Below are positions 24,945-48,404 of a DNA stretch of 64,000 nt, one piece after another. Positions within the stretch are counted from its first letter, which is position 1. Every line of letters begins with the position of its first letter. This stretch comes from Macrostomum lignano. Lineage: Eukaryota. Where the stretch lies: contig NIVC01000939.1 in NCBI GenBank assembly GCA_002269645.1, forward strand, positions 487,216 to 551,215, read 5' to 3'. The notes beneath the pieces are model-generated. The model worked only from the letters and a program-made list of their open reading frames with translations. It was not told where the DNA came from and made no database searches. Both the position numbers and the translations under genes were made by a program.

Positions 24945-25112
24945 ATGCGGATGACAGACTCCGAGACATGGCGCGCTGTTGGCATGCTGGAAGCCGGCAT
25001 GTCGATTCGGACAGCTGCCTGCCGATTCGGTCAAGGATGGTCGACAAACTGGAGAATGCAAAGACAGTCTGGAGAGACAGGCAGCGTCAAGCATGCAAGT
25101 TTGGGAAATTAA
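24945..25112 (+). pseudogene. Tc1/mariner-like transposase N-terminal HTH remnant
   Basis: Short frame MRMTDSETWRAVGMLEAGMSIRTAACRFG...GETGSV* resembles the Tc1-family paired-like domain (RAIGMLEAG.S...VARRF...TGSV). No DDE domain follows. Confidence 0.55.
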
Positions 25113-25708
25113 CGCGATTAAATCGATCTCAACCTCGTATTGCATGCTGTTTTTTGCAATGTATATCATTAATAGAAACACACCTGATCCATCGCTAGCT
25201 CCTACCGTTAGTTTGCCAGGTGTGTCAGCCAGCAGCACAGTCCAGTTGCGTACACAGGAACAGTAGGCTGGTACAATCTCAGGATAACCTTGAGAGGTTG
25301 ATACAATCCAACGAGCTGCATATTTAACGGCGTACTCAACATATGAATGCAAGTGTAATAATTTATACAAAAATGACCAGAGTGAAATCAGAGTGCCGAG
25401 CTCTGGCACTGCACAGCTCTGACTGATTTATCATCTCACACGGTGTCATTTCTCCTCGCTTTTCTCGCAGTTAGGCCTCATCAAACTTTCATGCACACTG
25501 TATTGCCGTCACCTGATTTCTAATTGACTATTCTCTCTGTCCCCATCAAGAAATTATTAAGCAGCTGCCAATCTCAAATAGACTTGAAAATTTTGATGAT
25601 ACCTGGAGCTCGGAACAGCTCCCCTTCATTTGTAATTGAGAGTTTTAAGGAGTTACAGCATAAACCAATTGAGTTACTGCTGTTTCTCTTTGCTCAGCCG
25701 TTGTTCAT

Positions 25709-36415
<10,707 letters not shown>

Positions 36416-36607
36416 GATGTAAGTGAGCTTTGCCGAAGCCTTGAACTCAAACCTACTCGGCTCTGCGTCTGCCTGTCTACCGGGCTTCCGGGCTTCCGAG
36501 TTTAAATCCTCTGCCTTTGCCGAAATTCTGAGCCCAGTGCGTCAGCCAATCAGAGCCGCCCTCCATCCAGCGGGGTAGCGCATCGGCTTCTGAGGAACTT
36601 TGAATCA

Positions 36608-36925
36608 GTGCCTGTCTCAGTGCCTGTCTCAGTGCCTGTCTCAGTGCCTGTCTCAGTGCCTGTCTCAGTGCCTGTCTCAGTGCCTGTCTCAGTGCCTGTC
36701 TCAGTGCCTGTCTCAGTGCCTGTCTCAGTGCCTGTCTCAGTGCCTGTCTCAGTGCCTGTCTCAGTGCCTGTCTCAGTGCCTGTCTCAGTGCCTATCTCAG
36801 TGCCTGTCTCAGTGCCTGTCTCAGTGCCTGTCTCAGTGCCTATCTCAGTGCCTGTCTCAGTGCCTGTCTCAGTGCCTGTCTCAGTGCCTGTCTCAGTGCC
36901 TGTCTCAGTGCCTGTCTCAGTGTCT
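36608..36925. repeat. 12-bp minisatellite (TCAGTGCCTGTC)n upstream of the PDE ATG
   Basis: About 26 near-perfect units. Confidence 0.95.
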
Positions 36926-37699
36926 GCGTGCCTGCTTGTCTGAATCCCCAGAGTTAAACTCCGACCGTCGGCTGCCCGTGTTTGCTGGCGCAAGCGAGCG
37001 GCTTGGCGTCTCTCCGAGTAGACTCAGAAAGCCAGTGAAATCTCCCGCTACCGTCCGACTGCGAGCTGAGCTCCCCCTCGCCTGTCTCATCTCAGCCCTG
37101 CAGTTCTCCATCCCCGAGCGCTCGAGTTCCGTTACTAATGATCAGACCTGACGCCCAGCGAGTCTCAGGTTGCGCAGCTTCTCAGGCTGTCTGTCTGTCC
37201 CCCCTGACCGGCAGCTTCGAACCGCTTTGAGCCGCACGCGCCCGGACGTGATGACAGGCCTGAAAGACCGGCAATTATTCAGCGCTCCATTTCTATGGAA
37301 GTTTTCGGTGTACTTTTATTGCAGCAGGACAAAATAGCAACTTAACGAAGGAAGGAAATTTCGTTTTGAGTTATAACTCGCATTTCACATGTATAGCCCT
37401 TCAACTCAATGCGGTAGCTGAGGCGACTTATCTCTAGGACTAAAAGCGATGAAAGTTCTTGCAAAAACTTAAATGCCTTTTTAATATCTGCCTCATTCGA
37501 TTTCAGGCTCAATCTAAATTTGGATTTGAGCATACAGAGACATAAAATGATTTATGAGCCATTTAGTAATGTGTCGCGGCTAACAATAAAGACGGGATCT
37601 GTGACCGCTGAAACTTGGCAGAATTGATTGGTGGCGGCTGGACTCAAAGACTGCCATCAGTTTTGGCTCACTTCAAAGACCTCAAAGATCAAAAACGAT

Positions 37700-38110
37700 A
37701 TCAGCGGCGGCTTAGATCAAAAAAGATATCAGCGGCGGCCCAGATCAAATACGATAACAGTGGCGGCTTAGATCAAAGACGATATCAGTGGCGGCCCAGA
37801 TCAAATACGATATCAGTGGCGGCCCAGATCAAAGGCAGTGTCCGTGACGGCCCAGATCAAATACGATATCAGTGGCGGCCCAGATCAAAAACGATATCAG
37901 CGGCGGCCCAAATCAAATACGATAACAGTGGCGGCTTAGATCAAAGACGATATCAGTGGCGGCCCAGATCAAATACGATATCAGTGGCGGCCAGATCAAA
38001 TACGGTATCAGTGGCGGCCAGATCAAAGACGGTATCATTGGCGGCCAGATCAAATACGGTATCAGTGGCGGCCAGATCAAAGACGGTATCAGTGGCGGCC
38101 AGATCAAAGG
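37700..38110 (+). repeat. 28/29-bp minisatellite (CAGATCAAATACGATATCAGTGGCGGCC)n
   Basis: About 14 units with a higher-order variant pattern. Confidence 0.9.
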
Positions 38111-38576
38111 CAGTCGGCACAAACGGCATGAAGCAGTTTCGTTGGCGGGCAGGCGGGCAGATGGGGAGTCGGCAGAACGCGAGCGCATTGCGGCAGGAAT
38201 TGCAGCGGAGGTGGCTGAGCACGAGACGCGAGCAGAGGCCCTCCAGCGGGCGGTGGAGGCGGTGCGCAGGGCGGAGCGGCTGGAGACCGGGCTGGAGCAG
38301 CCAAGGGAAGCGCCGCGACCGGTCACCTCAGAGGAGGTGGAGGCGGAGCAGCAGACTCAGGCTCTGGAGCGGGCGCGGGCCGCGGTGCTCCGTGCGGAGA
38401 GGATGGAGGCGGAGGCCGAGGACGCCATGGCGATGGAGCGGGCGGCGCTGGCCTGCAGGGCGGCGGCTTGGCTGGCTGCCAAGGAGGCGGCGGAGCGGCG
38501 ACAGACGGGAATGATGAAGTGGTGCCGCAACAGGAGGCTGAGGATGAAGGATTCTGCCTCAGGCAGTGAACCGTAA
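38111..38576 (+). other. Candidate coding segment (Ala/Glu/Arg-rich coiled coil) of unknown origin
   Basis: GC-rich, non-repetitive open frame (AERERIAAGIAAEVAEHETRAEALQRAVEAVRR...) immediately after the array. No family is recognised and splice sites are uncertain. Confidence 0.35.
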
Positions 38577-38869
38577 ACTCGTATATTCGCTACTACTTTC
38601 AGTGTCAGTAGCATACCGCGCCGCGTAATTGCAGCAGAACTTTTTACAGGAATGAAAAGGCTCTGAATTTGAAAGCTTGACTTACTTGTGGTTTTTATGA
38701 GCTCAAGGCAGTTCGAATTGTATTTTCTACGAGTATTTAGCATGAAACTCAACACCTCACTGCTGACTTATTTTAGTAGAACTTTTCAAATACATGGCCC
38801 GCATCCATTCTGGCAAGCATTGCGAGCGACAGCACAGGTCTTGTTCTACTTGAACGGCGTATTGACAGA

Positions 38870-39530
<661 letters not shown>

Positions 39531-40094
39531 TAAGAAACAAAGACGGACAGAACAAACAAGCCAGAATTAGTAAAGAAAAAATCGGATAAAATAAATGTAG
39601 TTACTTTAAGTAGCACCAAAAGGCCTTTTATTTTGACCGCGGGATCGGCACAGCAACCTGGCCTGAATAATTGATAAAAATCTCGCTCCAGTGTGCCAAA
39701 ATGCAGCTGCGAATTAAGCCAGCAGATGTGCGCCAGGTGCTTTCGTGTGGTCCTGGTTTGCCATGAACGCTGATTTAATATTTATAAATTTGGTTAATAT
39801 AACTCAACGAAGTTGAGCTAGTATAAATATCTAAATAAACAAGCTGTTGAAACCCGCGGATTTTGAACCCGGGGAACTCTATTCCCCGGAATTATTTTTG
39901 CATGCATTCTAAACTCGGAGTCAAACTCAAACAAAAACTTGTTAATAGTTGGATAGAGTTAAACATAAAATATATACATTCGTGTAAAATTAGGACATTT
40001 GAAGCAAGCATTGATATTGATATTGGCTGGGATGCTACACAGAGTGTCAGGCAAACTCTGGCCTCTGCCACTGCCTCTCCCTAATGTCCCTTGC

Positions 40095-41100
40095 ATCCTT
40101 TGCAACTTCTATTTTCTCTTCTGTTTCCTATCTTCTCTCTCGTCTCTCGTCTCTTCTCTCTCGTCTCTCGTCTCTTCTCTTCTTTTCTCATCTCTTCTTT
40201 TTCTCTCCTCTCTCCTCTCTCCCCTCTTCTCTCGTCTCTTCCTTCTCCCCTCTATTCTTTTCTCTCTCCTCTCATCTCTCTTATCGTCTCTTCCCTCAAC
40301 TCTCTTCTCTCTCGTCTTTGCTCTCTTATCTCTCCTTTCTCTTCCTTTATCTTCTCTCTTGTCTTTTTTCATTTCTCTCTGCTCTCTCTCCTCACATATC
40401 TCTGCTCTCTCCTCCATCTCTCTAATCTCTCCCCTCTTTCCTCTCCTCTCTCATCCTTTTCACCAATTTCCGCTGTCCTCTCGATTCTCTCCCCTCCCCT
40501 CCTCTCTTCTCACTCACTTCTCATCTCTCCCTTGTCTCCACTCATATCTTATTTCTTATCTCTCCTCTTTTCTCTCTACTCTCCCATCTCTCGCCTGTTT
40601 ACTCTCGTTTCTGCTCTCGCATCTCCCCTCTCTCATCTGTCATCTTTACTCTCATATGTTCTCTCACCTCTCTCCTCTTGTACTCTTCTCTTTCCCCTTT
40701 TTGACTCAGGACTCTCTCTCCTTTCTTCTCTCTTCTCGTCTCTTCTCTTCTCTCTTCTATACTCTCCCCTCTTTTGTCTTCTCTCTTCCCTCTCCACTTC
40801 TCTCCTCTCATATATCGTCTGTTCATTCTCATCTTTGCTCTCTCATTCCCCTCTCTCTCTTCTGTCATCTCTACTCCCCTCTCTCCTGTGTACTCTTCTC
40901 TTTCCCCTCTTCTGACTTCTCTTTCCTTACTCCTCTCCTCTCTTCCCTCTTCTATACTCTCTCCCCTCTATTCTCTTCTCTCGTCTCTCTGCACCCTGCT
41001 GTGTATTCCTTAATCTCTCATCTCTACAATCTCATATCTTTCCTCTCTCCTTTTCTTCTCTTTACTCTATCATCTCTCCTTTCTCCTCTCTTCTTTCTCA

Positions 41101-41191
<91 letters not shown>

Positions 41192-41510
41192 ACTCCTCTC
41201 CCCCCTCTTCCCCCTCTTATCTCCTCTCCTTGATCCTTTCTAATCTCTCCTCTCGATCCTCTCATCTCTACTCTCATCTCACTCTTCTCTACTCTCCTCT
41301 CTCATCGATCCTGTCTTATCTCTCCCCTCTTCTCTCTCCCTCTTCTCACCTCTACTCTTTCCTCTCTCCCCTCGTCTCGCTTTTTCCTCGCATATTCTCT
41401 GCTCTCTCCTCACCCCTCATATCTCTTGTTATCTTCTATCATTTCTCTTATTCCCCTCTCTCTCGCCCCTCCTCTCTTTCCAACAGTCTATTCCTTCTCC
41501 TTTCCACTCT
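40095..41510. repeat. Long CT-rich low-complexity tract including pure (CT)n
   Basis: About 1.4 kb almost entirely pyrimidine on the plus strand. Confidence 0.92.
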
Positions 41511-42289
41511 CATCTGGCCCGTAGCCATGAGCTGGATTCTTTATCTGGCCTTTGAGATAAAAATCTGCCGATCCCTGCTTCGAAAGCCAGTTTGTGGGAC
41601 GTAGTACTATCATGGTTGTTATCATTTCTCATGCTTTAATCACGTCATCTTTCTGGTCAATTAGCAGCCCTGAGAGAAATTTGTATATCTCCAGCTCCAA
41701 CACAACAGTCTGCAGCAGTCTAACAACCATGGAAATACGCATTTCTTAGGAGGCCATTTAAATTTTAAAGTTATGCGAATCCTTATGCGAATCCTAATGT
41801 TAAAATTTTCATGGTGTAACTAATTTAGTAGGATTGCATTGTACGTAATCAGTTATTCATTAATTTTTCGATATTTTTACAAACCATCCCACATCGCCTT
41901 GATTTGCCATCCCTGTTTAACTGCTGCGACTTGTCTATTCAGAGGACAGTGGTTTGAAATTGAATCTCTCACTAAACTCTCTCCTCTCCACGCCTCTCCA
42001 CTCGCGGGGGTACAGAGAAGGCTTTTAAAAAGTTATTCCAAAACACTGTTCATTCGCTATGTACATTGAGCCCTATCGCCTGACCCTTCGTCTGGGGAAT
42101 GAGTTGGATGAGCGGCAAACAACAGAAAAAGCAGACAAACTTCACATGCTTACAGTTTCTGTTCTGATTGAGTTAGAGAGTTGAAACTTTACATTTAGAC
42201 AGAGAATGAATCAAAGAAGAATTGTGTTAAGTTAGAAGTCAATCGCTTCACGTGGAGCAAACTTATGGCAACCGAAAGTTAGGCATTTT

Positions 42290-42691
42290 AAAACCTGATT
42301 CACACCCTTTGCCCAGATCGGGAAAGAGAGGCAGGCGGGCGGAGGTTGGGGTGGCTGCCTCGCTGAAAAAAACAGCCAAACTTTAAAAGTGCACAGCGGC
42401 TTTCAGGATTAACTTTGAGATTTGAAATTTTACACGATTGTGTCAAAATAGTTGAAAATTGCCTGTGTCAAATTTGAAGAGAATCGGTAGAAGTGGAGCG
42501 GCGCTATGGAGGATTTAGTGAAAAATCGCGCATTTTGAGCAGTTTTTTGTACTTTTAGGTAGGAAGACTTGAGTCTAGGAAATTAAAAGGTAGCCTAAGA
42601 CATTCTCCGTAGTGAGTTTAGGGTGGGTGTAAAGTTTGGTGTAATTTGGTTGAGTGGTTTGGGAGTCCATAGCGATCAAAATTGTCCACAC

Positions 42692-42724
<33 letters not shown>

Positions 42725-42750
42725 GTTTTGATTTTTATAGTTAGAGATTA
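42290..42750 (+). mobile_element. Probable non-autonomous Helitron/Helentron-like (Lep1/DINE-1-style) element
   Basis: The 3' part GTAAAGTTTGGTGTAATTTGGTTGAGTGGTTTGGGAGTCCATAGCG...ACACACAGACAGAC(AGAC)n...TTTTTATAGTTAGAGAT resembles the microsatellite-containing 3' ends of such families (recalled similarity only). The left boundary is approximate. Confidence 0.45.
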
Positions 42751-42959
42751 CAAATTTCTGAATTTCTACTTTATTTAAATTAGCGCAAGACTGATTCTTA
42801 AGCAGCCAAGTTGAAACTTGCAGTTGAAATCTGCAGAAGCTGGCTCAGGTACGTCGTAAATCGAGTGGATTGGCTATTTTGGGTCTGGTAGAGTCTAAGA
42901 GTCCCCACGAACCATTCGTCCACCAGGCCTATGTCAGCTCTTCTGCCTCCACTAATGCA

Positions 42960-44660
42960 GCCCTGCCTCTCTCTGCTTCTCTCTGCCTCTCCTCTGCCGC
43001 TCCTCTGCCTCTCCTCTGCCTCTCCTCTGCCTCTCTCTGCCTCTCTCTGTCTCTCTCTCTGCCTCTCCTCTGCCTCTCTCTGCCTCTCATCGGCCTCTCT
43101 CTGCCTCTCCTCTGCCTCTACTCTGCCTCTCCTCTGCCTCTCCTCTGCCTCTCCTCTCCCTCTCCTCTGCCTCTCTCTGCTTCTCCTCTGCCTCTCCTCT
43201 GCCTCTCCTCTGCCTCTCCTCTGCCTCTCTCTGCCTCTCTCTGCCTCTCCTCTCCCTCTCCTCTGCCTCTCTCTGCTTCTCCTCTGCCTCTCTCTGCCTC
43301 TCCTCTCCCTCTCCTCTGCCTCTCTCTGCTTCTCCTCTGCCTCTCCTCTGCCTCTCCTCTGCCTCTCTCTGCCTCTCTCTGCCTCTCTCTGTCTCTCTCT
43401 CTGCCTCTCCTCTGCCTCTCTCTGCCTCTCATCGGCCTCTCTCTGCCTCTCCTCTGCCTCTACTCTGCCTCTCTCTGCTTCTCCTCTGCCTCTCCTCTGC
43501 CTCTCCTCTGCCTCTCCTCTGCCTCTCTCTGCCTCTCTCTGCCTCTCCTCTCCCTCTCCTCTGCCTCTCTCTGCTTCTCCTCTGCCTCTCCTCTGCCTCT
43601 CCTCTGCCTCTCCTCTGCCTCTCCTCTGCCTCTCTCTGCCTCTCTCTGCCTCTCCTCTCCCTCTCCTCTGCCTCTCTCTGCTTCTCCTCTGCCTCTCCTC
43701 TGCCTCTCCTCTGCCTCTCTCTGCCTCTCTCTGCCTCTCCTCTGCCTCTCCTCTGCCTCTCCTCTCCCTCTCCTCTGCCTCTCTCTGCTTCTTTCTGCCT
43801 CTCTCTGCCTCTCCTCTGCCTCTCCTCTCTCTCTCCTCTGCCTCTCCTCTGCCTCTCCTCTCCCTCTCCTCTGCCTCTCTCTGCCTCTCTCTGCCTCTCC
43901 TCTGCCTCTCTCTGCCTCTCCTCTGCCTCTCCTCTCCCTCTCCTCTGCCTCTCTCTGCTTCTTTCTGCCTCTCTCTGCCTCTCCTCTGCCTCTCTCTGCC
44001 TCTCCTCTGCCTCTCCTCTCCCTCTCCTCTGCCTCTCCTCTGCCTCTCCTCTGCCTCTCTCTGCCTCTCTCTCTGCCTCTCCTCTGCCTCTCTCTGCCTC
44101 TCATCGGCCTCTCTCTGCCTCTCCTCTGCCTCTACTCTGCCTCTTCTCTGCCTCTCCTCTGCCTCTCCTCTGCCTCTCCTCTGCCTCTCCTCTGCCTCTC
44201 CTCTGCCTCTCCTCTGCCTCTCTCTGCTTCTCTCTGCCTCTCCTCTGCCGCTCCTCTGCCTCTCCTCTGCCTCTCCTCTCCCTCTCCTCTGCCTCTCCTC
44301 TGGCTCTCTCTGCCTTTCTCTGCCTCTCGTCTCCCTCTCCTCTCCCTCTCCTCTGCCTCTCCTCTGGCTCTCTCTGCCTTTCTCTGCCTCTCCTCTCCCT
44401 CTCCTCTGCCTCTCTCTGTCTCTCTCTCTGCCTCTCCTCTGCCTCTCTCTGCCTCTCATCGGCCTCTCTCTGCCTCTCCTCTGCCTCTACTCTCCCTCTC
44501 CTCTGCCTCTCCTCTGCCTCTCCTCTGCCTCTCCTCTGCCTCTCCTCTGGCTCTCTCTGCCTCTCTCCGCCTCTCCTCTGCCTCTCCTCTCTCTCTCCTC
44601 TGCCTCTCCTCTGGCTCTCCTCTGGCTCTCCTCTCTGCTTCTCTCTGCCTCTCTCAGTCT
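42960..44660 (+). repeat. CT-rich ~11-bp minisatellite (CTCTCCTCTGC)n within candidate intron 42849-44711
   Basis: About 1.7 kb array bounded by CAG|GTACGT (42849) and TTTGAACAG| (44711). Confidence 0.92.
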
Positions 44661-45739
44661 CTTCTGTGTCTGTCTCTCCATTATTCTTATTTTTTCTATC
44701 TATTTGAACAGATCCTCCCGTGCAAAAAGCAGTCCACCCCGGTGCTTCAAGCGGGCGATTCCTGGATGAGCAGCAAAAACTATGAAGAAAGCCTGCATAA
44801 AAAGAATCGGCACTGAGCGGGAGCGGCAGCTCAAGTGGCGCGGCAGCCGCTGCACGGCTTCAAATAAAAAGTCCAGCCGGCCACCTGCCGCCCGGAGGCG
44901 GGCAGCCGAGCCGAGGGAAAGCAGAAAATCCCAGCCGGGCGCTGAGGCAGGCGAAGGGAAAGCGAACGGGCGATCTCAGAAGTGCAGCCGCGAGTGCCGC
45001 AGTAGCCACACAGGCCTGCCGTGGGCGCGGGGCGGAACTGGGGAGGGGGCGACCGCCTCAAAACAGGCGGACCCTCCGAGTAGCTCGTGCTGCCCGAGGG
45101 TTCCGCAACTCTGAAAGGCTCGCGTGACCGCCCGGATGCGGTGGCAGCCCCTGCATTCTTTCTTTCTGTCTCTCAGGAGGCCAGGACCCGCTGCCGGAGG
45201 AGAGAGAGCGGCAGGGACAGGGAGAAGTGAAAGGTGGAGTCAAGGACGCCTAAGGTAGAGATCTGGACCGGAAAACACGAGTACCTGATACAGGGGCAGT
45301 TTTCTACAGAAATCTCCAGAGATCTCGCATTGGCATACAGTAGATTGGCAGAACTCAAGTGGAAGCTGCCGAATTTCTCTTGAGGAGGCCGGTTTTCACT
45401 GCAAAATGCTTTTGGAAGATGAGAAGTTACCTGCTTTGTCTGATCTTACCTGACAATACCCTACCTTCCGAATCGCAAGTGTCCAGAAGTCCAGAGAGTG
45501 AGATGTTGCAGCTTTAGTGATAAAAACGGAGAAAGTCTCAATCTCACAAATGCATTTTGCAGTGAAAACCGGGCTCAAGCTCCAGGCGCTCTCTGCGGGT
45601 CTCCCTGGCTGAGCAGCCGGCCGCTGTGGGGAGGGGGAGGTTGGCCAGGAAATTCTCCCTTCCCGCCCGAGCTCAGCCGGTTGGGCAGCTCAGTGACGCT
45701 GCCGGGGTGGCATCTCAGTTGAGTATCGGGCCGATAGAA

Positions 45740-46888
45740 ATGCTCAAAACTCCCCAACTCCAGGCCGATCCCGGCTCCCCAAATCCCAGAACCCCGCCCA
45801 GCAGCCGCCCGATGCTGCCGCCATCGCCGAGCATCTTCCCAGTGGACGAGGCCGCCGAGACCAGCAGCAACTCGGACTGTGAGAAGTGCAACAGCAGGTT
45901 CGACCAGAAGCTGCTCACGCTCCGCCAGCAGAGCAGCAGCGGCGGCGGGGAGCCGCAGCAGAGCTCCCAGCAGCGCGGCCTGCTGACCCGCCAGGACGCC
46001 GCGCCCTTCATTGACGACTCCGAAAACTTTGGTGGCGGTGGTGGCGGCGTCGGCCTTCGGGCTCGACTGAAGCGCTGGATGTCGGGGAAGCGCGGCCAAA
46101 AGCGACGCCACCAGTGGCGCGGCGGCGGCGACAGCCCAGGAGGCGGCGGCAACGGCAAGAGCTACGAGTTCCTGCAGGAAGTGGCGGCCGCGCTGGAGGG
46201 CGCTCAGCACCAGCAGCTGCCTCATCCCGAACGGCGCCAGAAGAGCAGCAGGCAAAAGCCGCTGGGCTCGGCGCCCGCCGGCTTCGGGCTCCCGACGGTG
46301 CGAACGCGCAGCCTGCGCCGCGCCCTCTTTGCCTGCGTGGCGGGGGGCATCGCCGTCCTCCTGCTGCTTGGCACCTGCCTGATCGCCGCCGGCCACGCGT
46401 GGAGCCACCGACCGGCCATCACGGCGGGCGCCATCTTGGTGATCAGCGGCGGCGGCCTCCTGCTGTACTCCTGCTGCGCCTCCTCGCAGTACCAGACCGA
46501 GCACGCGCCGCCCTCGGTCACCACCGCCGCGGCCCGCTGGGAGAAGCCGGCCTGCCTGCCCGACTTGGAGGGCTTTCAGCAGCCGCCGCTGTCGCCGCCG
46601 CCACCGCCGCCTCCCCCACCCGCGACGCATTACCAGCAGCCGCCGTCCTCGGCGCCGCCGGTGCCGGGCCGGCCGCCCTTCCTGCCAGCGGCCGGGGCGA
46701 GCAGCCGGCAGGGCAGCCTCTACAGCCTGGCCACCAACGCCGGCGCTGGGGGCAGCGAGATGCGGCTGTGCCGGGGCAACTCCATCACGGACATGCTGCA
46801 CGAGACGGTGCCGGCCTGCCTGCACCGCCAGCACCACCACCTGCAGCGGCACCGGTCACTGGCGACCGCCATCCCGCTGCCGCTGTGA
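45740..46888 (+). CDS. Uncharacterised two-TM hairpin membrane protein, about 382 aa, single coding exon
   Basis: GC-rich open frame from ATG 45740 to TGA 46888. Two hydrophobic segments (ALFACVAGGIAVLLLLGTCLIAAG; AITAGAILVISGGGLLLYSCCA) separated by a short loop, flanked by low-complexity Gly/Pro/Gln regions. The start codon is uncertain. Confidence 0.7.
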   Translation: MLKTPQLQADPGSPNPRTPPSSRPMLPPSPSIFPVDEAAETSSNSDCEKCNSRFDQKLLTLRQQSSSGGGEPQQSSQQRGLLTRQDAAPFIDDSENFGGGGGGVGLRARLKRWMSGKRGQKRRHQWRGGGDSPGGGGNGKSYEFLQEVAAALEGAQHQQLPHPERRQKSSRQKPLGSAPAGFGLPTVRTRSLRRALFACVAGGIAVLLLLGTCLIAAGHAWSHRPAITAGAILVISGGGLLLYSCCASSQYQTEHAPPSVTTAAARWEKPACLPDLEGFQQPPLSPPPPPPPPPATHYQQPPSSAPPVPGRPPFLPAAGASSRQGSLYSLATNAGAGGSEMRLCRGNSITDMLHETVPACLHRQHHHLQRHRSLATAIPLPL

Positions 46889-47434
46889 GCCTCCGATATC
46901 GAGAAGCTGACAATTAATAACAAATTGCTTTGCGGACAGTCTATCGCTGTGAGAGATTGTGTTCATCACAGAGAATTAATTCTTTTGCACAACTTTTTTG
47001 CTTCAAATGCGTCCTGGGACAAAATAAAGTTGCGAGCCAGCGCTAAGTCAGGAACAGGTGGAATGGTTCGTTTTGTCACAGAGTTCCGCCGGCATTGATC
47101 TGTGCGAGCTCTGATTGACGGCTCGAGTAAAGCAAAACGTCTGAAGGCCGGCGCGAGGGGCGAATCGATCCAGTTTGTTACCTGGCTGTAATTACAGTCC
47201 AGTCCATTTAGGTCGCTGCGCCCGCACTGTCCCGCTCATCAGCGCGCTTCCTCTTCGCAGACGAAGAACAAAGAAAGTGCGCGGAGAGGTCGCCATCAAT
47301 CAGATTCTATAATTAACCCTGCCCTCCGCTTCAGCCGGCACCGTGCGCTAATCTGTTATGGAAACAGAATGCGAGCTGAGCTCAGCTGCAACATTCAACA
47401 TTTTCGGGCTTAGAAAATTCCTATTGACTTAAAT

Positions 47435-48030
47435 AGCTAAGCACCTAAGCATCTAAGCACCTAAGTACCTAAGCATCTAAGCACCTAAGCACCTAAGTAC
47501 CTAAGTACCTAAGTACCTAAGTACCTAAGCATCTAAGCACCTAAGCACCTAAGTACCTAAGTACCTAAGCATCTAAGCACCTAAGCACCTAAGTACCTAA
47601 GTACCTAAGTACCTAAGTTACCTAAGTACTTAAGCATCTAAGCACCTAAGCACCTAAGTACCTAAGCATCTAAGCACCTAAGCACCTAAGTACCTAAGTA
47701 CCTAAGCATCTAAGCACCTAAGCACCTAAGTACCTAAGTACCTAAGTACCTAAGTTACCTAAGTACTTAAGCATCTAAGCACCTAAGCACCTAAGTACCT
47801 AAGTACCTAAGCACCTAAGTACCAGAGTACCTAAGTACCTGAGCACCTAAGCACCTAATCACCTAAGCACCTAAGTACCTAAGCACCTAAGTACCTAAGT
47901 ACCTAAGTAACTAAGTACCTAAGTACCTAAGCAACTGAGCACCTAAGCACCTAAGCACCGAAGCACCTAAGCACCTAAGCACCTAAGCACTTACATTTAA
48001 GTACATAAGTACCTAAGTACGAGTACATAA
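47435..48030. repeat. 8-bp microsatellite-like array (CCTAAGYA)n
   Basis: Mixed CCTAAGCA, CCTAAGTA and TCTAAGCA units. Confidence 0.93.
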
Positions 48031-48404
48031 GTAACTATGTAAAAGACGTTATCGCGCGTACTCGCAAAACACAACCAGCTCGCACATGTAGCTTAGATAA
48101 ACTCCATGTCAACCAGTACTTGTTTGACGTCACGGCAGAAGTTTTGTTTGATGTCACCAGGGTGGGATTCTGGTGGGGGGAGGGCAGAGTGCCCCGTTGC
48201 CGTCTACAAAGATAAAAAATGGCGACGATCCGCGCTCAGAGGCTGTGCAGAGGCGGCTCTGGCTGTCCGGGACTTTCAAGCAGATTCAGCCGCAGCCGAT
48301 CCTCTTAGCTCGGCCTGTGTGGCTGCAAAATATCAATTAGGCGAGCACCGGAAATTACTCGGGCCGAGCAGGCCCGGCAGGCCGGCGGAGAAAGTTTGCT
48401 CGGG

